DNA from: Cenococcum geophilum
Lineage: Eukaryota
Direction: 5' to 3'
Assembly: GCA_050273025.1 (NCBI GenBank)
Contig: CP158635.1
Span: 11,098,001 to 11,162,000, forward strand
Length of the DNA: 64,000 nucleotides
Position numbers and translations under genes: made by a program. Position 1 is the first letter of the stretch, and every line of letters begins with the position of its first letter. The notes beneath the pieces are model-generated. The model was not told where the DNA came from, did not search any database, and saw only the letters and a list, made by a program, of their open reading frames with translations. Shown here in pieces: positions 1 through 13,000 of the stretch.

Positions 1-850
1 TACCTACTAACTAGGCTCTAATTTTGTCTAAAATAGCTTAATAAAAAGCGGTAACTTTAGCGGCTTTATTCTAATCTAGCTTGCTAATAAGGCCTAAAAA
101 TTCCAAACAGAAGCTAGTAAAGTCTTAGTTCCGTTATTATAGGTTTTTAAGTTTAGTAATCGCTATATATTCGTGGCTAGCGTTATTATATATTTATTCT
201 AGCAGAGAGATAAGGGTTTTAAAATTAATAAAAGTGCCGTTATAAAAGAATAGGTCTATAGTTTATATAGCGTCTTTACTTAAATAAGATATTCTATAGT
301 TAATCTTGCTAGCTTTAGTAAGGTATTAGTTATAGTTTATTAAAAGTTTAAGATAAAGCTTAGTTATAAAGGGATATAGGTTATTTTAATTTCTATTAAA
401 CATTAGAGGGTTAGGGAGCTTTTTAGATTTTATAGTAGGTATTAAGTTCGTTATAAGTATAAGTTAAGCTACTATTACTAGTTTAGGGTTCGTATTTAAT
501 AGGCCGGGTTATATATAGTTATTTTAATTTCGTTTATAGGTGTTACTATTAGGGTTTTTAATATAAGTGCTTTAAGGTTATAGAGTTCTTTATAGATTAC
601 TCCTATTAATTACTAGTACTAAGCTTCTAATATCGCTTACTATTAGGCTAAAGCATCCGTAAAGAATTATTATATTATAGTTAACTATTCCCTAACCAGG
701 GCTATAATGCTTATAGTTAATATAGTAGGTTTAAGTTTATTTACTATTTTAATAGTAGTTATTTTAACGCAACGTAATATAAGGGCGCGAAGCGACTTCG
801 TAGAAGATTTAAAGGAATAATATAAATTCTATCTAAATTTAAGGGTATAT
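1..850 (-). mobile_element. RIP-degraded retrotransposon gag fragment
   Basis: Minus-strand reading KSKKLPNPLMFNRN*NNLYPFITKLYLKLLINYN*Y reverts by transitions to a gag-type KLPDPPMFDG...PFVTKLRLKL motif; many TAA/TAG stops; boundaries approximate. Confidence 0.65.
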
Positions 851-1099
851 AGCTCTTGCTAAGAACAAGACGTTGTATAAAGAAGAGAAAAGAATAATAA
901 GAGAATTATATAATTAAATAGTTAGGGGCTTAGTGATTAATGCATGCGTATATATACACGCGGTCTTTAACAGACTTTAATAAAATTCGATTAATCTAGC
1001 AGAATTTAGCAGAAGTTAATTAAGCTAGTAAAATTCGGCAGAATTTGGTTAAAGCGTCGGAATTTATCTATTAAGTGTTTCACTAAGACATTCCTACTG

Positions 1100-2035
1100 T
1101 AACTAGGCTAGTCCCGTTATAATATATTAGGCCTATAGTAGGGGTAGCTACGCAGCTAGCTATTAGGTTAACTATAGGTTATATAGCTAGTATTATAGGA
1201 GCTACAGATTATATTAAAGCACTATAGGCCGTTTTTCTAGTACTTATAGTCTAGTTAAAGAGGTTTTTGGTTTTTAACTAATTAGCGCGTATTTTAATTT
1301 AATAAAGGCCTTAGTTAATAGCTAGACATTAGTTTATAAGTTTCTGTAATATCTATATAGTAGCAAAAACTAGTAATATAGCCTACTATAGGTTTAGTGT
1401 AAGCTTATTAAAGAGTTCTAGTAATAGGTCTTTCTAAGGGAATTAGGTCTAGCCTACTAGGTATAAAAAGCGGGTCTAAAAGGTTAAAAAGGTCTCTATT
1501 ATTTTTATATTTAGGCTCTTATAGTTAAGGTATGCGTTTTATACCTTAAAGGGGTCCTTATAAATAGAAGATTAGTAATTAATTATTTCTTCTTTAAAGA
1601 TAAAGGGTTTACTAAGCCCTTAGTATATTATAGGCGTATATATATCTAAGTATCTCCGCTAGTATAGTTAAAGATGTAGGTTATTTTAGCTCAAGGCGTA
1701 GAGAAGTAATTAGTATTAACTTTAAGCTTATCCTATAATTAGAGCTTCTAGTTATTAAATATAGGGTTTATTTTATCTATAAGTTATAAAGGGTCCGCAA
1801 CCTCTATAGATTATAATAGTGCTATATAGGCCTTAACGGGTTTTCTAAGGCGCTAGAATAGAGCCTAAAGAACTATAATAAGCCTATTTAATAGGTTATT
1901 GCTAAATATAGGAGTGCTTTTAGTTTTAAGTAATTCTTATAGCTGTTTAATTTTAGTATTAGTATAATAAAGCCTTATAGGAAATACTATGGTAAACTTA
2001 TTAATGGGCTAGGTATATAGGCTAAGAAATAGTCA
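1100..2035 (-). mobile_element. RIP-degraded Gypsy gag fragment, paralogous to the gag at ~19,800-20,682
   Basis: Colinear similarity with 20,000-20,580, e.g. CTTAAAGGGGTCCTTATAAATAGA near 1545 and 20185, and ATTAACTTTAAGCTTATCCTATA in both. Confidence 0.8.
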
Positions 2036-2044
2036 AATATAAAT

Positions 2045-3052
2045 ATAACTAGTGGAGTAGGTTACCTAATAGATTAACTCTAATTATATTTTAAGATTTA
2101 CTATAAAAAAGAGAACTATTTAGGTAGGGACTGTAATTTTTTAAATATATAATACTACGCCTAAGAAAGATATAAAGTATATTAGTCTGTTAGTATATTA
2201 ATATATTACATTCCTATATTTTTATATTTCTATATTTTAAACTTATAATATAACTAGTTATATAACTTAGCTACTTTTTATCCTATAGCTTAATTAGTTC
2301 TAGCCCCTCCTATACTATTTTAACTAACCTATTTATATCTTTTTTTAATAGTTCTACTACTTCTAATATAAGGTCCGTAATACTATTCCCCTTATCTTTA
2401 TTTTATTCTTAAAGATATCTTTTATCTTTAAGTTATTTACTAAAGGTATAGCATTCCTATTTTTAATTTAATAACCTTTATTATTTCTAATACCTCCTAT
2501 TAAATCTTTTATATCTAACTGTTATAATTAGCTAGTAATATTTATTCTTTTACTTAATAAAGTTATATTATCCTATTCTTATTATATAAAAAAAGTTAGT
2601 ATATATTATAATCGCGGCTTTATTTAGTTACTAACCTTCTTTTTATGCTAAGTATATATAAGCAAATATGCAGTCGTCCTATAATATTTAATCTATCTTT
2701 AACGCTAAGTTTATATATCTTATAATTTTATATAACTATCTAGTTTCTTATCTAATCTACTATAGGGTTTTATATATTAGTAGCGGCTAAAAAACTAAAG
2801 AGTAAGCTAGCTAAGGCTCTTATTAAAGTTTAACATTATTCTAATAAAGCGTCTTAGGCCCTAAAGGCTTAACTTAATACTTATATTTAACTAAGCCGTC
2901 TTATAAAGGTTTATAAAAAGGTATACTTAAAAGAGTTGCGTTTTATAAAGTAAGGTCTCTTTAAGCTTAAGGCTAAAGAGGCTAAAAGAGATTCTAATTA
3001 AGAAGAGGTAAAAATAATTTATACGCTAGTGGTAGATCCCTTAGATAACCTA
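2045..3052 (-). mobile_element. Truncated 3' end (partial LTR, PPT and antisense ORF) of a relative of the 9063-17224 Gypsy family
   Basis: 2045-2382 resembles LTR 9063-9489 (ACTAGTGGAGTAGGTTACCTAATAGATTAACTCTAATT) and ends GTCCGTAATA; a pyrimidine tract (minus-strand PPT) and a homologue of the Cys-rich antisense ORF follow. Confidence 0.75.
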
Positions 3053-4930
3053 TATTAGAATTAGCGAGGGAGATGCTGACTAAGCTCTGGATATATTGCG
3101 AGGTCGAAGTCCGCATATAATCTATATAGACATTAACCGCATTATAAGTCAATTAATATTCATCCCCTGCGTCATCTCTATCATTAATTAGACCCTTAAG
3201 ATAGCTTTATTATAACCTTATAACCTTGTAATTCTAACAGGTTATAAGCCCGGGTACTAACACTACTCCTAACTTAAAATTAACCCCCTAAAATAACCTT
3301 AATAACACCTATATACGATTATAAGGCCAGTAAAATTATTATCTTTAATGGAGACAACTTTGCAGATTGGGAACACACCTATAAAGTAGCCCTAATTATA
3401 GTAAAAGGATGGGATTTTATTACTAGTGCAGAGGATCTAGCTTGAGTTAATTTAGGTAATAGGAAAAGAAGAAGAGGGGAAGCGAATAAGATTATCTTTA
3501 ACTCTATAGGAGACAACCGTTAGGAAGAGATGCGTACAATAATAAAGGAGTATAATATTTAGGGAATATAGGAAGGAATAAAGAGGTTTAATAAGGCTAA
3601 TAACGAGGTCTATATCTCTAGACTTTGTAGGGAGTTCTATAGTACTACATTTAACCTTATAAAGATGCGAATTATTAGGTTTACCTATATACTAAATTGA
3701 TTTAAGATTAATCTAGCCTTTATACCTTAAGCACTTACTAATACTAATATTAAAGAGTAACTTTTCTTGGCCCTCCTAAGCGATGTTATATAGTAAAATG
3801 TAAAGACCTAGTGTCTATAAGACAAATAAGACCTTAAGAGTTGCATTACTTCTTTAGAAGCAAGAAACTGCTCTCCCTATATAAATATAGACTACTGCAC
3901 TTATATATAAGAGGAAAGATAAACCTAGGAGGAGAAGGGGAAACCGAGGTCGAATAAGGGGTAGAGGTTATACTAGTAGATTCAATTATTCCTTACGTTA
4001 TAGCTTATCGTCTTAAGTTAGCAAAGAGCTAAGATAACTAGAAAGAGACGAGTATTAAGTATACTATTAAAAAGGTTATTACTAGAAAGACTACCCCTAG
4101 CTTAAATAATTCCGATTTAATAACGCTAAGAAGAAAGATTAAGGTGTCTCTAAGGCTGAGGAAGTATGGAATGTAGTAATAGCTAAGGAAGAATTTAACA
4201 GCGATTTAATTTACCTTAACCCTAACCCTAAACGTGCTATGCTTTTATAACAATGTCTCTAGCTTAGGCTCTTAACTTAGGTGCAACTAAATACTTTACT
4301 AGTAATTAATTAGACCTAATATACTTAAAGAGATAGAATATACCTCAATAAGTGCGAACCGCGAATAGGATTATTATATCTGCTATAGGTTATAGCTAAG
4401 TTTAAATTAGCAGCCTAAGGCTAAAAGACGTCTAGCTTATACCTTCGTTTAAGATAATTAAGCTAATCTTAGTAAGGACTCTTACTTAGAAAGGCTACTT
4501 AATCACCTTTAATATAGATAATTAAGCTATTGGCAAGCATAAATTATAAGCGACGTTTAAGGCTATTATAAGGAATAACCTCTACGTACTATAAGAGCCT
4601 TAGGAAGCACTTAATGCAATAGCGAAAGCACACGATTTATAACTAAACGTTAGTAAAATAGATACTAAGCTATAGTACTGCTAAACTGGATATATAAATT
4701 ACAGCAACCTATTTAAGCTATAGCACTCCTTACTAGGCATAAAGCTTAGTAAAAGAGTAGTACTAGTTAGTAAGAGTACGTGCAAAGCTTATCTAGCTAG
4801 GAAAATACGAGAAATACTAAGTAAAAAGACAATTAAGTGCGAGAAGATACCTAGTTAAGGGCTATATTTTAATACTACGAGACGAATTAGTATATTAATT
4901 AGAGGCTATAATATAAGTAATAGGGTTATA
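3053..4930 (+). mobile_element. Ty1/Copia retrotransposon 5' portion (LTR 3053-3239, PBS, RIP-degraded gag-protease-start of integrase)
   Basis: LTR bounded by inverted termini TATTAGAATT...AATTCTAACA, immediately followed by GGTTATAAGCCC (RIP form of the fungal Copia PBS GGTTATGAGCCC); gag NGDNFADWE; protease-like ALNLGATKY (from LDSGATKH). Right boundary approximate. Confidence 0.8.
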
Positions 4931-5087
4931 AAGGTGTCCCTAGTTATAACTAATACGAACTACTACCTTCCTATTTAGGCTAGCTTATTTCCTAAATAAA
5001 TATACTGCCGCTTTAAACATCTATACATTAACATTTCCCCTTACTTTCTTACCCACAACTCCCTATAATACACTTAAATTTAAAGCC

Positions 5088-5600
5088 ATGCCTTACTGGC
5101 CGCGTGCTCTAGATATAGAAGATTATTTATAAGCAGCTTTAAAAGCTTAGTGAATAATAGGACTTTATAAAAGCGCTAAAGCTTATATAAAAGCCTATAA
5201 GATTAATCTAGTTACTTTCCACTAGCGGCTTTAAGGTAGATCGCAATCTTACTAAATCGCCTATGTTAACTAATATTGTATTACCCTAGCTAGCGAGGCA
5301 GCAATTACTTAATATTATATTTATCTTACTAAAGCCGGGTTTCTATATCAATACTATATAATTTAGATAATTATAACACTTATTCTTTGGCGCGAAAACT
5401 CTAACTTTCCTTACTATACTAAAATCGCGCTACTTAGTATAAAATGGATATATAGCTTCTTAAAACGGTAGGAAGAGCTTTATACTTACTATATATAATT
5501 AATTAGCTTAGAACGCGCTATTGCTAGTAATAGTCCTACTCTAGTTAAGAGGTTTTTTACTAACTACTCTAATGCAAAGACTTAGTATAATATTAATAAC
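5088..5600 (+). mobile_element. Fot1/pogo-like (Tc1-mariner superfamily) transposase N-terminal fragment, RIP-degraded
   Basis: From ATG 5088: SAKAYIKAYKINLVTFH*RL*GR...LASEAAI...KWIYSFLKR resembles the HTH_psq plus CENP-B HTH of pogo/Fot1; cut off by the LTR at 5601. Confidence 0.7.
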
Positions 5601-8102
5601 TGTTACGGCACTGACCTAACGCATACTGTTTTATACTATCTTGTACTATCTTATACTACTTCCTACTATTAGCTAGCCCACCACTAGCGCCTTAGCGGCT
5701 GGCCCTATTATTTATATACAATACCCCCTTTTACCTTTTTCTCCTCTTTATACCACAACAAAGTTATTTAGTCTACTTTATTGCAGCACCGTAATAGTTT
5801 ATAGTATCCCTAATCGCGCCCTGTCACAACCTTTATTTTTTTCTAATTTATTTTTTTCGTTTTCCTAGTATAATTGCGACCTAGCGCGACCAATAACACT
5901 ATACTATAAGTCCTAGATAACCCTAGCATAGTTATAACAATCTTAGTACCATAGCCAGCCTTATAGACTTTAATTTCCTTATATAGATCCCTTAAAATGG
6001 GCGACTATAATATAGATAATACCCCATTGGCGAATACACGCGAAGTACTCGCCTGCCTTTTTAATACCTTTTATACCTATATTACCTAGGTAATTAGGAG
6101 CAGCCCGGAGTACTCTAAGGACCTTAATATAGCAGGAACCTTCTAGCACCTCTCTATATGTATAACTTTCCTAACTAGCGTTAAAAACGGTCTCTAAGCC
6201 GTCTATAATAAAGGCCGAACTATAAAGTCCTAACTTAAAGAAGCTTAATACAGAATTAACTCCCTTAAGATACTTAAACTATATATATAACAATATAAAT
6301 AGCAAGCCTTTACAAACACTTAGACCATATAAAGTTTAAGCCTTTAGATTATTATACTTACCCAGACTATTATTAATAAGAATACCGCTACTAGCTCTCC
6401 TTTTCTAACTAAGCCCTATAGAAAAAAACGTAAAGTAAAAGATTTAACCCTATTTAATGGCAAGGGATCACTAACTAAAAAATAAAAAAAAATAAAAATA
6501 TGGGAAATAAAGATCTAAGGCGCCTCCTAGAGAGATATAAAGTGCTTTAAGGCCCTAATGGACGAAGTCCTCTATATGTTAGACATGCTAATAGATAAAT
6601 CTTATAACTATATTAAGCATAGCCTTAATATGCTACGCATATACCTAAACAACTTAAGTAAATAGACCTTCTCTAACTAAGAGTCTATGTTTATATATAT
6701 AAGGAAGCACTATAAGACTATAGATATAACCTAAGTAGCTAAAAATAAGCTAGATACCTTAAGCTAAGGTGAGCGTAACTACTGGTTCTAGAAAGCAGAG
6801 CTTAATAAGTTAATAATTAAAGTAAACAAGACTAAGGAATAAAAAGTGGATTTACTTAAGAAGAATATTTCCTTTAAGATAAAGGACCTGGCCCTTACCC
6901 TTAGCTATAAAATTGGCGATGCTAACTATAAAGGCTAGAGCGAGTAGATGGATGTATTTGCTTATAACCTATAGAACTATACCTACTATACTAAGCTAAA
7001 TACCGCTAAGCTAAGTACCGCTAGCGGCTATTAACCTACATTACTATAGAATAACCTAATAAACCTTAACGCCGTTAAGTTTGGTAGTAGTAGTAATAGT
7101 CTCCCTAATAACGTTTAAAGATATTATATAGATAACAGACTTTATATAGCGTGTGGTTAACCTAGTTACTAAAAAGATGCTTATAACCCCTAGAAGAACC
7201 TAAATCCCCTTTTAATACTATTACACTAACCCCCTCTTAGCCACGGCGGATTCTTTAATAGAGGGGATAGTAGTTAAGGTAGTAACCGTAGATAAGGACA
7301 TAGGTTTAGATATAGAGACCCGCCCCTATAATTTCCTTTCCCAATATAGCCTTAGCCGATAGTCCCGTACGCGAACTATAAATAAGTGCTCTATGCTACT
7401 ACTAATTATAAGACCAGCCGTATTATTGGTGAAGTACCCTCTAGTATATATACACCGTTAGAGACTAACACGTTAGGATATACTAGCTAAGACCACAGCT
7501 ACTAGCTAAGCCCTATAATTTAGCTATTAAAAGGCTAACCCTTGGACTAAGTTGCCTTTAAGGGTTAGAACTATACGGGGAGGAGGATAAAAGAATTAGA
7601 TCTATACTACTAGATTAGTTAGACCTTATTTTAAGCTAGCTATTACTTAACCTTAGAATAGTAAATAGCGATAGGAATGCTATCCTTATTTAGACCTACC
7701 TCTTTTTACCGCGTAACCTACTCCTATAAGTTCTTATTAAAATAGTAAGCCTTATTAATACTGGTAGTATAGCACTGGTGTTTATAGATAAAGACTCGCT
7801 TATAAAAAAGTATAATATTATAAAAAAAGACTCCTAGTTTTAAAACCACTTCGCCTTATTAACGGACTCCTATCTGGGTTTATTACCCACTACTTTATAG
7901 TAATAATAATAATTAGCTATTATATAGAATCTATACTCTTCTATATTATAAAGTTATTACCCTCTATACTAGTAATTCTTGGAATGCCCTAGCTTAAAAA
8001 GTATAACCTAAGGGTAGACTTCCCTGCCCTAAAGCTTAAGTTTAACTCCAATTACTATACCTATAACTATCTTTTATAGTATATTCCTAACTGTGACTAA
8101 GT
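5601..8102 (+). mobile_element. Gypsy retrotransposon 5' portion (LTR 5601-5796, gag, protease), truncated
   Basis: TGTTACGG...CCGTAATA LTR; gag KVKDLTLFNGKG and degenerate zinc knuckle LYIACG*PSY*KDAY near 7140; protease ALINTGSIALVFID near 7750. Confidence 0.8.
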
Positions 8103-9062
8103 AGCGGTAGTAGTTTGCCTTAGTTATCTTAGAAGTAGTTAATAAAGGGCTAGAGTCTCTAGTTTAAGTATTAATTTATAATCTTTGTCTAACCATCTAT
8201 TTAGGGGTGGTATATTATAGAAAACTTTAGCCTAATACTAAGGATTTAGGTAAACTTATTCCAGAAAGCTAATATAAATTATGGCCTATAATTGGATATA
8301 ATAGTATCTAGTAGTCTATAGATTTGGTAGATATAATAGATATATAGTTAGGCTACCTCCTTAGTATTAATGTTCTTATAACAGGGGATTAAGAATAGGC
8401 GCTTGCTAAAATGGTTAACTAGGATTATAACCGCATTATATCCGTTACGGTCTGTAGATAGCTTATAGAAGTCCATAGAGATATGCTGCTAGGGGCGTTC
8501 TAGTATTAGGAGTGGCTTTAATAGTTCTAAGGTCTTATCTTATAGAATTGTAGATCTATAGCAGTTATTATAGTTCCGTATATAGCGGTTAATATCTATA
8601 ACTATTCCAGGCTAGTAGTAGCGGTCGCTAATAATTCTACGGGTCTTATTTTTTCTAGGGTAGGCTGTAGAGACCTAGGTATGCGCTTTAGCAATAAGCT
8701 AAGTCTATAAGTTCTATTCCTTTACTACTACTAGCCTTTCCTGGTGTTTAAGTAATCCATTTTTAAGGGACTATAGGCTGGTATCGCCCTTTGCCTTTTT
8801 ATGGTACTCTTGTAAAGAAGGGGCCGTTCGGTTTATCTATAATAGTTTATTAATAAAGTTAAGTCCTAAGGGGTTAATAGGGCACATCTCGGCGCATAAA
8901 GAGTCCGTATGTAATTCTGCCCATATCTGGGGGTTAAGGTATTCTAGTTATAGTAGTATTTAGGTTTATAAAGAGATCTTTATAGCTACCTAGTTATCTA
9001 AGTCCTGTTTACTCCTTATAAGAGCGTCTATATAGTTAGTAGTGCCTAGCCTATACCTAATT

Positions 9063-9489
9063 TATAACGGAACCTTGTAGCAAGAATTACGGTGGGTCCT
9101 GTTATTAGGCTAGGTATATAGGTGATATAAGTATAGAAGTCAACAACGTAATAATAACTGGTGGAGTGGTTGCCTAATAGATTAACTCTAATTGTATTCT
9201 AAGAATTACTACAAGGAAGGAACTATCTAGGTAGGGATTAAGGGTCCTTAAATACACAACCGTACTCCTATAAAATCCTTCTTATATATAATATACGTGT
9301 GCTCTATCTACTCTGTTATAGATTATATAGATTATATAGATTATATAGATTATATTATATGACCTTAGCTACTATTTCTTGTTATATAGTTCTACCGGTT
9401 TTATTCTAAACTATGCTTAAATTAACTAACTAGCTTCTTCCGTCTCTTCTCTAAGTAGTTATAATATTGTACTTAAAGCGTCCATAACA
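9063..9489 (-). repeat. 3' LTR of element B
   Basis: Direct repeat of 16798-17224; the differences noted are transitions; T(G>A)TAACGG...CCATAACA ends. Confidence 0.93.
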
Positions 9490-9558
9490 CTATCTCCCTC
9501 CTCTTTATCTTTATTCTTAAAGATTTAAAATATCTCTAAGTTGTTTACTAGAGGTATA

Positions 9559-10085
9559 ATGTCCGTCTAATTAATTTAGTTAATATTATTACTTATTATA
9601 CCTAAAGCAATTTCTTCTTCTACTGCTCGTCGCATTCGCACTATTGCTGCGATATTATCTCTTAGTGAGATTATGCCGTCTCCGTGTTCTCGCTGTTTAA
9701 AAGAGGGGTTAGTTTATATTATATTGGCAAACCTATCTTCGCGATAACCGTCCTCTTATTTAGAGTGCATTAAAGCGAATATTTATTCGTCCTATGACGT
9801 TTGCTTTATCTCTAATATTAAATATACGTAACCTATTACTTTTAATAGTTATCTAGTTCCCTAATTAATTTATCTTAGGGTTTTATATTTAATCTACTGC
9901 TACGCGGCTGGATAATAAACTGTCTGTTGCCCTAGTAGAGTTATATTATTCTTATAATACGGAATATAAGGCTACTAAAGCTTAGTAAAGAGCCCTTAAT
10001 TCCCGTCTTGCTATATCTACTTAGTTAATCCATCTTAAAAAGGTTTATAAGAAGGTACGTTTTAAGGAGTAGAAACTTATAGTGT
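9559..10085 (+). pseudogene. RIP-degraded antisense Zn2Cys6-like gene inside element B
   Basis: MPSPCSRCLKEGLVYIILANLSSR*PSSYLECIKANIYSSY; reverting three TAT codons to TGT gives C-x2-C-x6-C-x13-C-x2-C-x8-C; probable intron 9824-9878; homologue at ~2480-3000. Confidence 0.6.
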
Positions 10086-13000
10086 GGTGGGGTAAAATGG
10101 GCCACTGCTTAGTGCCTTGGCATTTTCCTGTATATATCGAGCCTTCGGCTTCTCTCTTTTTCTCTATCACGACCGACCGGGAATATATTCTTTCCTTTCT
10201 TCTTACTGACTGCTTTCCTACTGATTGATTACGACTGACTGACCGACCGACAGACAGATAGCACTGTGACTTTCCTATCTGAGAGTGGTCGTACCCTCCC
10301 ACAATAGAATAAGGTTTATAGGAACTTAGTAATAAAAGAACGGGTTCTCCTCTAATAGAGAAGGAAATAGATCTAAGTAGTTTAGCAACTACTTCTCCTA
10401 GGTCCCCCTTAGGTGACTTATTCTTTAGCAATCCTTCTTTTTTAATACTGCCTAACCTAATCTCTTCTAATACTCCTGTACCTTTCCTATAGCATTCTTT
10501 AAGTTTTCTAGTAGTTCCTAAGTAGTCTTAGTATAGCCTATCCACTTAACCTTATACTATATTTTATCGTTAATGTCCTTATAACTAACGATCCTTAAAA
10601 CTTGCTATTTGTCTTCTTCCTATCCTCTATATATATCTGCTTTGTAAACTAGTGGCTTAATATTCCTATATACTGGCTCTAGCATTATAATATACTGTAT
10701 AGGGTAGATCTTTATTCTAGTTAGTAGGTTTAACTTAAACGTAATTAGTGAAATCCTCTATGTAATTTTAAAAGGTCCTAGTCTAACATAGTCTAACTTC
10801 TTACTTAGTTATCAACTCTTAAAAATTTTGTATAGTAGCTATACTTTATCTCCCTCCTTAAGATCTGGTCCCTTAGATCTCTTAGCGTTATAGTACTTTT
10901 TTATTCTCTTTTATACCTTTTTTACTAATTCTATAAGGTCTATATAAAGATTTATTAACGTCTTTATTCTTTCTTTAGCTATACTACTCGTTTTCTTTAC
11001 TTGCCGTAGTAACAGTAATGTCCTTAGCTTATATCCATAATTTGCCTTAAATAGTAATATGCCTATTCCTTCTTAAGGTGTTATATTATATGTAAACTAT
11101 ATAACTAGTAATAGCGATACCTAATTATTTTATACGTGATTAATATAATGTCTTAGATACTGTTCTAGCGTCTAATTTAATCTTTCCGTTTAACCGTCTG
11201 TCTATAGATAATATGCGGTAAAAGTTACTACTCTAACTCCTTACTTCGCTAAGAATACCTTTTAGAATACTGCTATAAATCTTAGATCTCTATCTAATAT
11301 AATCTTGCTTAGTACTCCATGCCTTATAAACACTTCTTTAATATAGATTTTAGCGACATCTTCTACTAATATTTCCTTTGTGTATGCTATAAAATATCCC
11401 TACTTTATAAGCTTGTCTACTATTACTAAGATTATATTATAATCTTGTCCGGTAATAGGATCTCTTAATTTTAGTAACTTAATAATAAAGTTCTATAATA
11501 TAACCTCCTATAGTCTCTCTAGTGTTTTAATAGGTTATAGCCCTCTATATAGTCTATATCTTATTAATTTATTTCTTTAGCAATCTAAACATTCCTTTAT
11601 AATTTTTCTTGCTAAGCCCTAGATTCCGTTAATAATATACTCTTTCTAGAGTCTTAATACTAAGCCTCTGGCTCTATTATATTCCTAAGTTAATCCCTTA
11701 TAGAAGTTCTTTATAAACTGCTCTGCTATACTTCTTAGAATATATTTTACTTCTTAATTTTTGTATATATCCGTCTATAGATCTTCTAGCTATACCTCTA
11801 GAATTCTTTATACCTAAAAGCTTTCTAGTGACTTGTAAACTTTATCTAGTTTTTCTTAAGTTGCTATAATTTTTAGATAATTATACCTAATCAATCCGTC
11901 TGTGTCTTTTCGCAGTAAAGCCCCTAATGGCTTCTTATTGTTTTATAGTTTAGCCTTATAACTTAGAGTATCTGCTTGCGTATTGTCTGTACCCTTAGTA
12001 TACTAAATTTCGAAATGGTATTCCGTAAGCATTTCTACCTATCTAACCTATCTTTAGTTGAGTTCCTTTATTATTAGGAATCCTATTAGGTTCTTATAAT
12101 CTGTCTTAACTATAAATAGTTTTTCCGTGCCTTATAAGAATGCTCTCTATTTCTTTAGTGCTGTAACTATACCTAATAACTCCTTATTATAGATATTGTA
12201 GTTTAGTTCCGGTGGTGTTATCTTCTAACTATAGTATGCCACTAAGTGCTATCTATCTTAGTATTTTTATATAAAGTATGCCCCTAATATATAGTCTAAT
12301 ACATTTATTTCTACAACCGTTTCTAGTCCTAGTTAATAGATCTTAAGAACTGGCTCCTAGGTAAACAACTCCTTAACTTTCTTAAAGAGCTTTTTCTATT
12401 CCTCTCCCTATGCCTATAGTTCCTCTTTCTTTATTAATTGCGTAAATGGCTTAATATCCTTTAACTACTGCGCTATAAACCTTCTGCAGTAATTATAAAA
12501 CCCTAGAAATAATCTTAATTACGTAACATTCTCTAGTTCTTACCAATTTACTATAGCCTTAATCTTCTTTAGATCTATACTAAGTTGGCCTAATTTAATA
12601 ATAAATCTAATAAAATCGGTCTTCCTAGTAAAGAACTCGCATTTCTTAATTACTACTAGCATCTGTTCTTCTTATAGTCTCTTTAAAACCCATTTAATAT
12701 ATTCTCCGTATTCTTCCTTAGTTATTAAGTAGATAATAATATTGTCGAGGTATACTATAACAAACTTATTTAAGTATTCCCCTAATATATTATTAATACG
12801 CTTCTAGAATATTACTAGTGCGTTTATAAGCCTAAATTATATAACTAATAGCTTATATAGTCCTTCCTTTAACCTAAAGGCTGCCTTTTATTTATTACCT
12901 TCCTTAATTCTAATCTAATAGTACGCCTATCTTAGGTCTATCTTTATAAAGATTTACGCGTTACCTATTCTATTTTAGATTTGGCTAATTAAGGGTAAAG

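Noticed and set aside
4214..4232. Telomere-like CCCTAA repeats (also TTTAGGG-like at ~24537-24554)
   Set aside because: Only 2-3 imperfect units inside TE sequence; readily produced by RIP.
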